A stretch of DNA of 64,000 nt from Escherichia coli (GTDB lineage: Bacteria > Pseudomonadota > Gammaproteobacteria > Enterobacterales > Enterobacteriaceae): assembly GCF_044647545.1 (NCBI RefSeq), contig NZ_CP172818.1, one strand, 5' to 3'. Below the pieces are notes generated by a model, which saw nothing but the letters and a program-made list of their open reading frames with translations, did no database searches and was not told where the DNA came from. This document shows, one piece after another, positions 32,943 through 48,107 of the stretch. Position 1 is the stretch's first letter; each line of letters begins with the position of its first letter. Position numbers and translations under genes: made by a program.

Positions 32943-32971
32943 ACGAAGCCGGAATATTCTTCCGGCTTCGT
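32943..32971. terminator. bidirectional terminator hairpin between uvrB and ybhK
   Basis: Perfect palindrome acgaagccggaa-tatt-cttccggcttcgt between the two convergent stop codons. Confidence 0.75.
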
Positions 32972-32972
32972 G

Positions 32973-33941
<969 letters not shown>

Positions 33942-34078
33942 TTAACCTGCCAATATTGAGGATACAAACTATTTTCTTCTACCTCTAAAGGACGATGTAC
34001 GCTATGCCTTCCTGATGATGTATATCAAAGTAAAACCGCCATTTTCCCTTATTCTGTAGCGAAATAGCACGATCATGA

Positions 34079-34102
34079 CGCTATATACATGATTACATAG
34101 CG
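34079..34102 (+). promoter_or_regulatory. putative ModE binding site upstream of moa operon
   Basis: CGCTATATA-N6-TACATAGCG dyad resembling the modA operator half-sites, about 175 nt upstream of moaA ATG. Confidence 0.5.
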
Positions 34103-34134
34103 AAAGTGTGGATGGTAAAAATCTCATTTACACG

Positions 34135-34277
34135 CTAGTATCGGCTTAACCACTAAACACTCTAGCCTCTGCACCTGGGTCAACTGATACGGTGCTTTGG
34201 CCGTGACAATGCTCGTAAAGATTGCCACCAGGGCGAAGGAAGAAATGACTTCGCCTCCCGTATCTGGAAAGGTGTAC
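34135..34277 (+). promoter_or_regulatory. moaA leader RNA: molybdenum-cofactor (Moco) riboswitch region
   Basis: Structured leader directly upstream of moaA containing CGCCUCCC and GGAAAGG near the RBS; assigned from knowledge of the E. coli moaA leader; boundaries approximate. Confidence 0.6.
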
Positions 34278-35267
34278 ATGGCTTCACAACTGACTGATGC
34301 ATTTGCGCGTAAGTTTTACTACTTGCGCCTGTCGATTACCGATGTGTGTAACTTTCGTTGCACCTACTGCCTGCCGGATGGCTACAAACCGAGCGGCGTC
34401 ACCAATAAAGGCTTTCTTACCGTCGATGAAATTCGCCGGGTTACGCGCGCCTTCGCCAGTCTTGGCACCGAAAAAGTCCGTCTGACGGGCGGTGAGCCAT
34501 CTTTACGCCGCGACTTTACCGATATCATCGCCGCTGTGCGAGAAAACGACGCTATCCGCCAGATTGCGGTCACCACCAATGGTTACCGTCTGGAACGCGA
34601 TGTGGCGAACTGGCGCGATGCTGGACTTACTGGCATCAACGTCAGCGTTGATAGCCTTGACGCTCGCCAGTTTCATGCCATTACCGGGCAGGATAAATTC
34701 AACCAGGTCATGGCAGGGATCGATGCTGCATTTGAGGCCGGTTTTGAGAAGGTCAAAGTCAATACCGTGCTGATGCGTGATGTTAATCATCATCAGCTCG
34801 ACACCTTTCTGAACTGGATCCAGCATCGCCCTATCCAGCTGCGTTTCATCGAATTGATGGAAACGGGCGAGGGCAGCGAGCTCTTCCGTAAGCATCACAT
34901 CTCTGGTCAGGTTCTGCGGGACGAGCTACTGCGTCGCGGCTGGATCCACCAATTACGTCAACGCAGCGACGGTCCCGCGCAAGTCTTTTGTCATCCGGAT
35001 TACGCCGGAGAGATTGGCCTTATCATGCCGTATGAAAAAGACTTCTGCGCCACTTGCAACCGCCTGCGCGTTTCCTCCATTGGTAAACTCCATCTCTGCC
35101 TGTTTGGTGAAGGCGGCGTTAACCTGCGCGATCTGCTGGAAGACGATACCCAGCAACAGGCGCTGGAAGCGCGTATTTCAGCGGCGCTGCGGGAGAAAAA
35201 ACAGACCCATTTCCTGCATCAAAACAACACCGGTATTACGCAAAACTTATCGTACATTGGTGGCTAA
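34278..35267 (+). CDS. moaA: GTP 3',8-cyclase (radical SAM)
   Basis: Start chosen at [31 protein letters not shown] (radical-SAM cysteines); the upstream in-frame extension is the leader RNA. Confidence 0.95.
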
Positions 35268-35288
35268 AACGTCAAAAGGAGAGATCAG

Positions 35289-35801
35289 ATGAGTCAGGTA
35301 AGCACTGAATTTATCCCGACCCGTATTGCTATTCTTACGGTTTCTAATCGTCGCGGTGAAGAAGACGATACCTCCGGTCACTATCTGCGCGACTCGGCGC
35401 AAGAAGCGGGCCATCACGTTGTCGATAAAGCCATTGTGAAAGAAAACCGCTACGCTATTCGCGCTCAGGTATCTGCGTGGATCGCCAGCGACGATGTACA
35501 AGTGGTGTTGATTACGGGTGGTACTGGCCTGACGGAAGGAGATCAGGCTCCCGAAGCGCTGCTGCCGTTGTTCGACCGTGAAGTTGAAGGTTTTGGTGAA
35601 GTGTTCCGGATGTTGTCGTTCGAAGAGATTGGCACTTCCACGTTGCAATCTCGTGCGGTAGCGGGCGTCGCTAACAAAACGCTGATTTTCGCCATGCCGG
35701 GTTCGACCAAAGCGTGCCGTACCGCATGGGAAAATATCATTGCGCCGCAGCTGGATGCCCGTACGCGTCCGTGTAATTTCCATCCACATTTGAAGAAATA
35801 A
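35289..35801 (+). CDS. moaB: MoaB (MogA-like molybdopterin-binding protein)
   Basis: 170-aa ORF with RBS; second gene of moaABCDE. Confidence 0.95.
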
Positions 35802-35803
35802 GT

Positions 35804-36289
35804 ATGTCGCAACTGACCCATATCAACGCCGCTGGCGAAGCGCACATGGTGGATGTCTCCGCCAAAGCGGAAACCGTGCGTGAAGCGCGCGCCGAAGCCT
35901 TTGTCACCATGCGCAGCGAGACGCTGGCGATGATTATTGATGGTCGCCACCACAAAGGCGACGTATTTGCCACTGCGCGTATTGCCGGTATTCAGGCGGC
36001 AAAACGCACCTGGGATCTGATCCCGCTGTGTCACCCGCTGATGCTCAGCAAAGTTGAAGTCAATTTACAGGCTGAGCCGGAGCACAATCGGGTACGTATA
36101 GAAACCTTATGCCGCCTGACCGGGAAAACCGGTGTCGAAATGGAAGCATTAACCGCGGCCTCCGTGGCGGCGCTGACCATTTATGACATGTGCAAAGCGG
36201 TGCAAAAAGATATGGTGATTGGTCCGGTACGTTTGCTGGCAAAGAGCGGCGGCAAATCAGGTGACTTTAAGGTGGAAGCGGATGATTAA
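35804..36289 (+). CDS. moaC: cyclic pyranopterin monophosphate synthase
   Basis: 161-aa ORF, 2 nt after moaB stop. Confidence 0.95.
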
Positions 36290-36527
36290 AGTTCTTTTTT
36301 TCGCCCAGGTGCGCGAGTTGGTGGGAACAGATGCAACCGAAGTAGCTGCGGATTTCCCAACCGTTGAAGCGTTACGCCAACATCTGGCTGCGCAGAGCGA
36401 TCGCTGGGCGCTGGCGCTGGAAGATGGCAAATTGCTGGCTGCTGTCAACCAGACGCTGGTGAGTTTTGACCATCCGCTGACTGACGGCGACGAAGTGGCT
36501 TTCTTCCCGCCGGTAACCGGAGGTTAA
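36282..36527 (+). CDS. moaD: molybdopterin synthase sulfur-carrier subunit
   Basis: Start at [15 protein letters not shown]; 81 aa ending in the GG C-terminus (…PPVTGG); overlaps moaC stop. Confidence 0.93.
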
Positions 36528-36528
36528 G

Positions 36529-36981
36529 ATGGCAGAAACCAAAATTGTTATCGGCCCGCAGCCGTTCAGCGTAGGAGAAGAGTATCCGTGGCTGGCGGAG
36601 CGTGATGAAGACGGTGCGGTAGTCACCTTTACCGGTAAGGTGCGCAACCATAACCTTGGCGACAGCGTCAAAGCATTAACCCTCGAACACTATCCGGGGA
36701 TGACTGAAAAAGCACTGGCAGAAATTGTCGATGAAGCGCGTAACCGCTGGCCGCTGGGGCGCGTCACGGTGATTCACCGCATCGGGGAATTATGGCCGGG
36801 CGATGAAATCGTTTTTGTCGGTGTCACCAGTGCGCATCGCAGCAGTGCGTTTGAAGCCGGGCAGTTTATTATGGATTATCTCAAAACCCGCGCACCGTTC
36901 TGGAAGCGCGAAGCCACGCCGGAAGGCGACCGCTGGGTCGAAGCTCGGGAGAGCGATCAGCAGGCGGCAAAACGCTGGTAG
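36529..36981 (+). CDS. moaE: molybdopterin synthase catalytic subunit
   Basis: 150-aa ORF starting 2 nt after moaD stop. Confidence 0.95.
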   Translation: MAETKIVIGPQPFSVGEEYPWLAERDEDGAVVTFTGKVRNHNLGDSVKALTLEHYPGMTEKALAEIVDEARNRWPLGRVTVIHRIGELWPGDEIVFVGVTSAHRSSAFEAGQFIMDYLKTRAPFWKREATPEGDRWVEARESDQQAAKRW

Positions 36982-37117
36982 TTTTTTGTTAGCCGGATAA
37001 GGCACCGCTGCGTCCGGCAATTTCACCGCTCAGTATATGCGTTTACGCTGCGTCGATGCACAGCCTCATCATTTTGCAGTATCCTTAAGATATTCCTTAT
37101 ATCTTCAGGAGATCGTC

Positions 37118-37822
37118 ATGGACAGATTCCCACGTTCTGATTCAATCGTACAAACCCGAACTGGCCTGCAAACCTATATGGCACAGGTCTATGGCTGGAT
37201 GACAGTAGGCTTGCTGCTTACTGCGTTTGTTGCCTGGTATGCGGCTAATTCCGCGGCCGTTATGGAGCTATTATTCACCAACCGCATCTTTTTAATTGGT
37301 CTGGTAATAGCACAATTAGCTCTGGTTATTGTGTTATCAGCGATGATTCAAAAGCTGAGCGCAGGTGTAACGACGATGCTCTTTATGCTTTATTCCGCGC
37401 TGACTGGCCTGACGCTTTCCAGTATTTTCATTGTCTATACCGCTGCTTCTATCGCCAGTACTTTCGTCGTTACTGCCGGGATGTTCGGCGCAATGAGCCT
37501 GTACGGTTACACCACGAAGCGCGATCTAAGTGGTTTCGGCAATATGCTGTTTATGGCGTTGATCGGCATTGTGCTGGCATCGCTGGTCAACTTCTGGCTG
37601 AAAAGCGAAGCGTTGATGTGGGCAGTCACATACATCGGCGTGATTGTCTTTGTCGGATTGACGGCGTATGACACCCAGAAACTGAAAAATATGGGTGAGC
37701 AGATTGATACCCGCGACACGTCGAACCTGCGCAAATATTCCATTCTTGGCGCGTTGACCTTGTATCTGGACTTCATCAACCTGTTCCTGATGTTGCTGCG
37801 GATCTTCGGCAACCGCCGTTAA
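37118..37822 (+). CDS. ybhL: Bax inhibitor-1 (BI-1/UPF0005)-family inner membrane protein
   Basis: Start chosen at MDRFPRSDSIVQ with AGGAG RBS (234 aa); 7-TM profile; intrinsic terminator downstream. Confidence 0.9.
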   Translation: MDRFPRSDSIVQTRTGLQTYMAQVYGWMTVGLLLTAFVAWYAANSAAVMELLFTNRIFLIGLVIAQLALVIVLSAMIQKLSAGVTTMLFMLYSALTGLTLSSIFIVYTAASIASTFVVTAGMFGAMSLYGYTTKRDLSGFGNMLFMALIGIVLASLVNFWLKSEALMWAVTYIGVIVFVGLTAYDTQKLKNMGEQIDTRDTSNLRKYSILGALTLYLDFINLFLMLLRIFGNRR

Positions 37823-37841
37823 TTCTTTTTTCACCATCAAT

Positions 37842-37869
37842 ATCCCGGCCTGGTGCCGGGATTTTTTTC
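37842..37869 (+). terminator. ybhL intrinsic terminator
   Basis: atcccggcc-tggt-gccgggat hairpin followed by TTTTTTT. Confidence 0.8.
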
Positions 37870-38028
37870 TTACTAAAAACGACACTTAACAAGTACCAGG
37901 TATAAAATATGCCTTATGGCCGAGCGGAAGTGTTTTCTGTATCCATAAATGCAAAAGTATTTTGTATGCGTGGTTTTAAATTTATTGATGGTGAATATTA
38001 ATGTTTTTTTCTAAGGACAACAAAAAGA

Positions 38029-38742
38029 ATGGAATCATTCTCACAAAATAGCAATAAATTAGATTTTCAGCACGAAGCCAGGATATTAAACGGCATATGG
38101 CTCATTACCGCTTTGGGTTTGGTGGCAACCGCAGGGCTGGCCTGGGGCGCTAAGTATCTCGAAATTACGGCAACAAAATATGATTCACCGCAAATGTATA
38201 TTGCTATAGGATTATTATTACTTTGTATGTATGGCTTAAGTAAGGATATCAACAAGATAAATGCCGCCATCGCAGGCGTAATATATCTGTTTTTAATCTC
38301 TTTGGTGGCGATTGTCGTTGCGAGTTTAGCGCCTGTATCTGCCATTATCGTCGTGTTCAGCACTGCGGGATCGATGTTTTTAATCAGTATGCTGGCAGGT
38401 CTATTGTTTAAATTTGATCCTGGTTCTCACCGTTTTATCATTATGATGACGTTGGCAGGGTTGGCCCTGGTAATCATCGTGAATGCCACATTAATGAGTG
38501 AACGACCCATTTGGGTAATAAGTTGCTTAATGATTGTCTTATGGTCAGGCATTATCTCGCATGGACGAAATAAGCTCCTTGAATTGACAGGAAAAAGCCA
38601 TAGTGAAGAATTATGGAGTCCGGTTCGTTGTGCTTTTATAGGTGCATTAACACTCTATTACTATTTTATCGGCTTCTTTGGGATTCTTGCCGCTATAGCT
38701 ATAACGCTTGTCTGGCAAAGGCATACGCGGTTTTTTCATTAG
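38029..38742 (+). CDS. ybhM: BI-1-like inner membrane protein
   Basis: 237-aa multi-TM ORF; shares the C-terminal GALTLY motif with YbhL. Confidence 0.88.
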   Translation: MESFSQNSNKLDFQHEARILNGIWLITALGLVATAGLAWGAKYLEITATKYDSPQMYIAIGLLLLCMYGLSKDINKINAAIAGVIYLFLISLVAIVVASLAPVSAIIVVFSTAGSMFLISMLAGLLFKFDPGSHRFIIMMTLAGLALVIIVNATLMSERPIWVISCLMIVLWSGIISHGRNKLLELTGKSHSEELWSPVRCAFIGALTLYYYFIGFFGILAAIAITLVWQRHTRFFH

Positions 38743-38777
38743 CCGTAAATGCACATACTAAAGAACTTAACTATACT

Positions 38778-39734
38778 TCACATCGCCGCTTCATTTTTCG
38801 CCCGCAGCTTCTTCGCCTGGCTTTCCAGTACCAGATAGCAAACCAGCGCCAGCAGCAGCGGGATAAAGTAATACAGCACACGGTAAGCGAGTAGGGCGGC
38901 GATAATTGTGCCCTTGGATGTATGCTCCCCAGCCAGTAGCGCGATAAACACCGCTTCCAGCACACCAATCCCCGCTGGAATATGCACGATGACGCCAGCA
39001 ATACTACTAACCAGTAACACGCCCAGTACAAAGAAATAGTTCACGCTTTGACCAAGTAACAGCCAGATAATCGCCCCCATTACCATCCAGTTAACACTGG
39101 AAATCAGCATTTGGGCGAGGGCGAATTTCCATGAAGGCAGCACCAGTTTTTGTCCTTTGATGGTCATATGGCGGTGCTTCGCGAAAGCGCAAAACCACAA
39201 ATAAACCGCGATAATCATCAGTAAGCCAATGCCGAGAATGCGCAGCGTGGTTTGATCGACATACCAGTGGTCCGGCAACTCCACCACGCCTGCGGTAAAG
39301 ATAACCCCCGCTAGCAAAATATAGCCTAGCCAGTTGGTGGTAATACTGAGCGAAAAAATCCGCGTAATAGTGCTGCCCGGTAACCCCAGTCGGGAGTACA
39401 AACGATAGCGCATACCAATGCCGCCGACCCAGGTACTGAGTGTCAGGTTGAAGGCGTAGCAGATAAACGACACCAGCATCACCTGGCGCTTCGCCAGTTT
39501 GTGACCGCAGTAGAAACGGGCGAGCAGGTCGTAGCAACCGTAAATCAGATAACTGACGACCACCAGCCCGACCGCACTAAGCAGCGCAACGCGATTGTAG
39601 TCGCGGATGACCTTCCAGACCTCTTCCCAGTCCACTTTTTTGGCGTAGACCACCAACAACACAATCACCGCGATAAAAAACAGCCAGGTGAGGAGTTTCT
39701 TTGCTAAGCGCCAGCGTGGGTGTGATTTACTCAT
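38778..39734 (-). CDS. ybhN: inner membrane protein, MprF-like flippase-type domain (UPF0104)
   Basis: 318-aa polytopic ORF; start overlaps the clsB stop. Confidence 0.9.
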   Translation of the reverse strand: MSKSHPRWRLAKKLLTWLFFIAVIVLLVVYAKKVDWEEVWKVIRDYNRVALLSAVGLVVVSYLIYGCYDLLARFYCGHKLAKRQVMLVSFICYAFNLTLSTWVGGIGMRYRLYSRLGLPGSTITRIFSLSITTNWLGYILLAGVIFTAGVVELPDHWYVDQTTLRILGIGLLMIIAVYLWFCAFAKHRHMTIKGQKLVLPSWKFALAQMLISSVNWMVMGAIIWLLLGQSVNYFFVLGVLLVSSIAGVIVHIPAGIGVLEAVFIALLAGEHTSKGTIIAALLAYRVLYYFIPLLLALVCYLVLESQAKKLRAKNEAAM

Positions 39735-40975
39735 CAGGGTTTTACCCCCGTGTTTTCAGTTTCTACCCGATCCTGCGTTTCCATTGTCGGTTGTGCGGGG
39801 GGATCAACCTGCGCCAGACGTGGCGTGTGTGCCGGAAGCCAGCCAACCAGCGCCGGGAAGTGGCGTAAAAAGTGGAACGCCAGCACGCTTTTAGTCAGGT
39901 TCCACCAGGTGCGTTTGGGCAGCATGGTTTCATCCACCTGCTGACAATCTGCGGCGATGATGCCGTTCAGATTATCGCGCAGCGTCTGGTTAAAATGACG
40001 ATCGTGGATGATGACATTTGCTTCGAGATTCAGTGACAAACTGAGCGGATCGAGATTACTGGACCCTACTGTCGCCCAGTGATCGTCCATCAATGCTACT
40101 TTGCCGTGGAGCGGGCGGCGGCGGTACTCAAAAACCTGAACGCCGCCTTTAACCAGATAGTTATACAGCAAACGCGCACCGACTCTGACAATCGGCATAT
40201 CCGGTTCGCCCTGAATGATCAGTTTGATCCGCACCCCGCGCCGTGCCGCTTTACGCAAGGCGTGTAAAAATCGATAGCCGGGGAAGAAGTAGGCGTTGGC
40301 GATAATCACTTCTCGCCGCGCCTGAGTGAGCATTTTCAGATAGTGACGTTCAATATCATCGCGATGTTCTTCGTTATCGCGCCAGACCAGCAATACCTGC
40401 GCTTCTCCCGGCTGGCGGTTCTCTTCCGCTTTGTGATGACGTCGCCACCAGCGTCGTGCCGCGCTCTGTCCTGGCAGGTTTTCCAGTTCAAATTGCAGAA
40501 TATCTTCGACAATCGGCCCTTCAAGGCGCACCGCGTAATCCTGTTTAGCCTCTGGACCGTAGCTGGACATATGCTCGGCGGAGTAATTCAGCCCGCCAAT
40601 AAAGGCGATAAGCGCGTCGATCACCACAATTTTGCGATGCATCCGGCGAAACACATTGGTGCGCATACCAAAAAGGCGCGGGCGGGGATCGTAGTAGCGA
40701 AATACCACGCCAGCTGCCGTCAGTTCATTGACAAACTCATCGCTGAGATCCGGCGAACCGTAGCCATCCAGCAAGACTTCCGCTTTCACCCCGCGTTGCG
40801 CTGCTGCCAGTAGCGCCGCATGCAGCTGTTTGCCGACGTCATCCTCAAACCAGATAAACGTTTCAAGAATGATGCGTTCTTGCGCCTCGCCAATCGCCTT
40901 AAACACCGCGGGATAATATTGCTCGCCGTTTTCCAGCAACTGGATCTTATTGCCTTCGCGCCAGCTACATTTCAT
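39734..40975 (-). CDS. clsB: cardiolipin synthase B (phospholipase D family)
   Basis: 413-aa ORF with two HKD motifs (HRKIVVID..., [20 protein letters not shown]); start overlaps ybhP stop. Confidence 0.95.
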
Positions 40976-41733
40976 AAATGAATCTCCGCACTTAAAGGGG
41001 CATGATCAGAAAGGTGTCGCCATGTCCGCAGCGGCAACGCGGTTGGCGCGCTGGCGCTGGCATTTTTGACGTAGATCCTGTCCAGTCGTAGTAGAGGAAA
41101 TTGCACCGGAAACGTGCGCGCCGGGCGTCCGTGGGCGCGGGTAAAAATCTCATCCAGTCCGGCCTGCACTTTTAACGGATGATTAGCTTTTTGCCGCCAG
41201 TCATTGAAATCACCCGCCACCAATACCGGTTCGCCGTCCGGTAGCTCATTCACCCATTCGGCGAGCATCGCAAGCTGCGCCTGACGGTGCGCCTCACGCA
41301 GGCCCAGATGTACGCACATCACATGAATCGCTTTCCCGGTCATCGGCGGCACAATGCGGCAGTAGAGCACGCCGCGCTTTTCCGCACCATCGACCGAAAC
41401 ATCACGATTCTCATAATGTTCAATGGGATAACGTGAAAGAACCGCATTACCGTGATGTCCTTCCGGGTATACGGCATTGCGACCGTAGGCGAAATCGCTC
41501 CACATGGTGTCGGCGAGAAACTCGTAGTGCGAGGTATCGGGCCAGTTTTCCACATGCAGCGGATGAACTTCGTGCGCGCCCATCACTTCCTGCAGGCAAA
41601 CAATATCGGCACTGACGGTACGCACGGCGTCGCGAAGTTCCGGCAAAATGAAGCGTCGGTTAAACGCGGTAAAGCCTTTGTGAATATTGATGGTGAGCAC
41701 CTTGAACGAAAATTGTTGTGTTTGATCGGGCAT
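40972..41733 (-). CDS. ybhP: endonuclease/exonuclease/phosphatase (EEP)-family protein
   Basis: 253-aa ORF, first gene of ybhP-clsB-ybhN. Confidence 0.92.
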
Positions 41734-41865
41734 AATTTTCCTGTCTTTGCCTCTTATCTCATTGAAATAGTGTAGTCGGCGTCACAAAAAGGTGCGGTCT
41801 TACGGAATTTTCCGTAAAGTTCGGTACTCTGAATAAGTAGAGATAAATTCTTCAGGAGAGAAGCC

Positions 41866-42276
41866 ATGAAGTGGCAACAACGTGTTCGTGTCGCAACGGG
41901 TCTAAGTTGCTGGCAGATTATGTTGCATTTACTGGTAGTGGCGCTGCTGGTGGTGGGCTGGATGAGTAAGACTCTGGTTCACGTCGGCGTGGGATTATGC
42001 GCACTGTATTGTGTCACGGTAGTGATGATGCTGGTGTTTCAGCGCCACCCCGAGCAACGCTGGCGTGAGGTGGCAGACGTGCTGGAAGAGCTGACCACGA
42101 CCTGGTATTTTGGTGCAGCGCTGATTGTGCTGTGGCTGTTGTCCCGCGTACTGGAAAACAACTTTTTGCTGGCAATTGCAGGGCTGGCAATCCTTGCTGG
42201 CCCGGCGGTAGTGTCTTTGCTGGCGAAAGATAAGAAGTTACATCACCTTACGTCTAAACATCGCGTACGCCGCTGA
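41866..42276 (+). CDS. ybhQ: small inner membrane protein
   Basis: 136-aa ORF with four hydrophobic segments and RBS; 3' end overlaps ybhR 3' end by 39 nt. Confidence 0.85.
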
Positions 42277-43344
42277 CCCTGTCGTGGCCGTTATCACCAG
42301 TAGCGGCCACAAACTATTCCACACAATATCCAGACTCGCATCCTTCAAATAAATCTGCTTGGTAATGTCCGTAAAGTGGCGAATAGGGTTAATCCACGTC
42401 AGATTTTGCAGCCACACTGGCATGTTTTCCACCGGCGAAACGTAACCGGAAAGGAGAATGGCGGGCATCATAAAGACAAACACGCCGATAAACGCCTGCT
42501 GTTGTGTCGAGCAGAGTGATGAAATCAACAGACCGAAGCCTACCAGCGATAAACCGTAAATCACCATCGTAAAGTAGAACAGCGCCAGCGATCCGGCGAA
42601 GGGGATTTGATACGCCCAGATACCAATCGCCAGCACAATGGTGGCCTGGAAGGTGGCGACAATTAATGCCGGTACGGCCTTGCCGATGAATATCTGCCAG
42701 GTGGTGAGCGGCGAAACCAGTAACTGATCGAGCGTACCTTGTTCACGTTCGCGGGCGACGGAAAGTGAAGTGACGATCATTACGCCGATAGTGGTGATCA
42801 TGGCGATCAGCGACGGCACCACAAACCATTTGTAGTCGAGATTCGGGTTATACCAGTTGCGTACCACCAGCTCGCTGTTGTTGGGTTTCGGTTTTCCTTC
42901 CAGCAGCTCCTGCTGATAATTTTTGACGATCTGTTGCAGGTAGTTGGCGGCAATTTGCGCACTGTTGGAGTTACGCCCGTCTAGGATCAACTGTAACGGC
43001 GCGGTCTGGAAGGTATCCAGTTTGCGCGAGAAGTCAGCCGGGAAACGCACCAGGAGTAACGCCTTTTGTGTGTCGATGGTCGGGCGGATCTCCTGCGGGC
43101 TTTTCAGCAGCAGCACATGGGTAAAGGCGCTGGCGCGGGCAAAACGTTGGGTCAGCTCCACCGAATGCTCGCCGTTATCTTCATCGTAGATGGCGATGGT
43201 GGCGTTAGTCACTTCCAGCGTGGCGGCGAACGGGAACAGGATCACCTGAATCAGCACGGGTAAAATAAGAATCGCACGGGTTTGCGGTTCGCGCAGCAGC
43301 GACTGCAACTCTTTGCGGATTAACGTCCATAAGCGATGAAACAT
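42238..43344 (-). CDS. ybhR: ABC-2 type transporter permease
   Basis: 368-aa membrane ORF, last gene of cecR-ybhGFSR; paralog of YbhS. Confidence 0.94.
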
Positions 43345-43354
43345 GCTCTTCTCC

Positions 43355-44480
43355 CTAATCCAGCCGACGTTTGGTTTTCAGCCACGTCAGGCCGATAAAC
43401 ATCACCGCCGAAGCGATCAAAAACAGCACGTTTACCACCAGCACCACTGGAATATTCCCGGCGAGGAACAGGCTTTGCAGGGTGCTGACGAAATAACGAG
43501 CGGGAATAATGTACGTCACCGCGCGGATCACCGCGGGCATACTGTCGATCTGAAAAATAAAGCCGGAAAGCATAATCGACGGCAGGAACGCGGCGTTCAG
43601 GGCGACCTGAGCGGCATTGAACTGGTTGCGGGTAATCGTGGAAATCAGTAGCCCCATCCCCAGGGTACTGAGTAAAAACAGGCTGGAGATAAAAAACAGA
43701 ATCAGCAGCGACCCGCGATACGGCACGCCGAGAATAAACACCGACACCAGCATACACAGCAACATCGCCAGCATCCCGAGAAAGTAATAAGGGATCAGCT
43801 TACACAGCAGCAGCTCCGTGCGGGTAATCTCCGTAGAGAGCAAAGCCTCCATGGTGCCGCGTTCCCATTCTCGCGCCACCACCAGCGAGGTGAGAATCGC
43901 ACCGATGACCGTCATGATAATAGTCACCGCACCGGGGATAATAAAGTGCTGGCTTATCGCCGCCGGGTTAAACCAGTAGCGGGTTTGTACATCAATAAGC
44001 GGTTCAAAAGTCTGCCCGTTATCCTCCGCGCGCTGCATTTGCCAGATCTGCCAGATCCCTTCGACATACCCCTGCACAAAGTTAGCGGTATTCGGCTCAC
44101 TGCCGTCGGTGATCACCTGAATCGGTGCAATGGCGTTGGCGCGCTCCATCTGTTCGGCGAAATCCACCGGAATAACCACCAGACCGCGAATTTTCCCCGC
44201 CTGCATTTTGGCGATCAGTTCCTGACGGTTATCGCTGATGGTGGCGTCGATGTAGGGCGAACCGGTCATGGTGTGGGTGAAATCCAGCGCCGCTTCGCTA
44301 CGCTGTTCCAGTAAAATCCCGACCCGCAGCTTGCTGGAGTCGAGGTTAATGCCGTAACCAAAAATAAACAGCAGTAGCAGCGGGATCACCACCGCAATCA
44401 GCCAGCTACTCGGATCGCGAACGATCTGCCGCGTCTCTTTGACGCACAGTGCCCGCACGCGACGCCAGGACAGGATCGGA

Positions 44481-44488
<8 letters not shown>
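43355..44488 (-). CDS. ybhS: ABC-2 type transporter permease
   Basis: Start chosen at [10 protein letters not shown] (377 aa; alternative ATG at 44494); overlaps ybhF 3' end. Confidence 0.92.
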
Positions 44489-47879
<3,391 letters not shown>

Positions 47880-48107
47880 CGCACAGTCCATTCTTAATCA
47901 AATGATTGATTAAGATTATGACTCCATAGGGGAGTTGTCCAGTATGGCTAAGAATTTTAGCTACGCCAGTCACAGGGATAATTTATGCGCTGCGTCACAA
48001 AAACTGCTACACTCCGCTCCCTCATGACATTGTGGTTTTTGTCATTTTCCTTTTCAGTATCTCCCTGAAAACTACACCGGTAACGGTCGGGGCGGTTCGG
48101 AGTAGTT

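Noticed and set aside
34197-34277. Upstream in-frame extension of moaA (ORF track start 34197)
   Set aside because: This region is the structured moa leader (riboswitch); the start with an RBS and the known MoaA N-terminus (MASQLTDAF) is at 34278.
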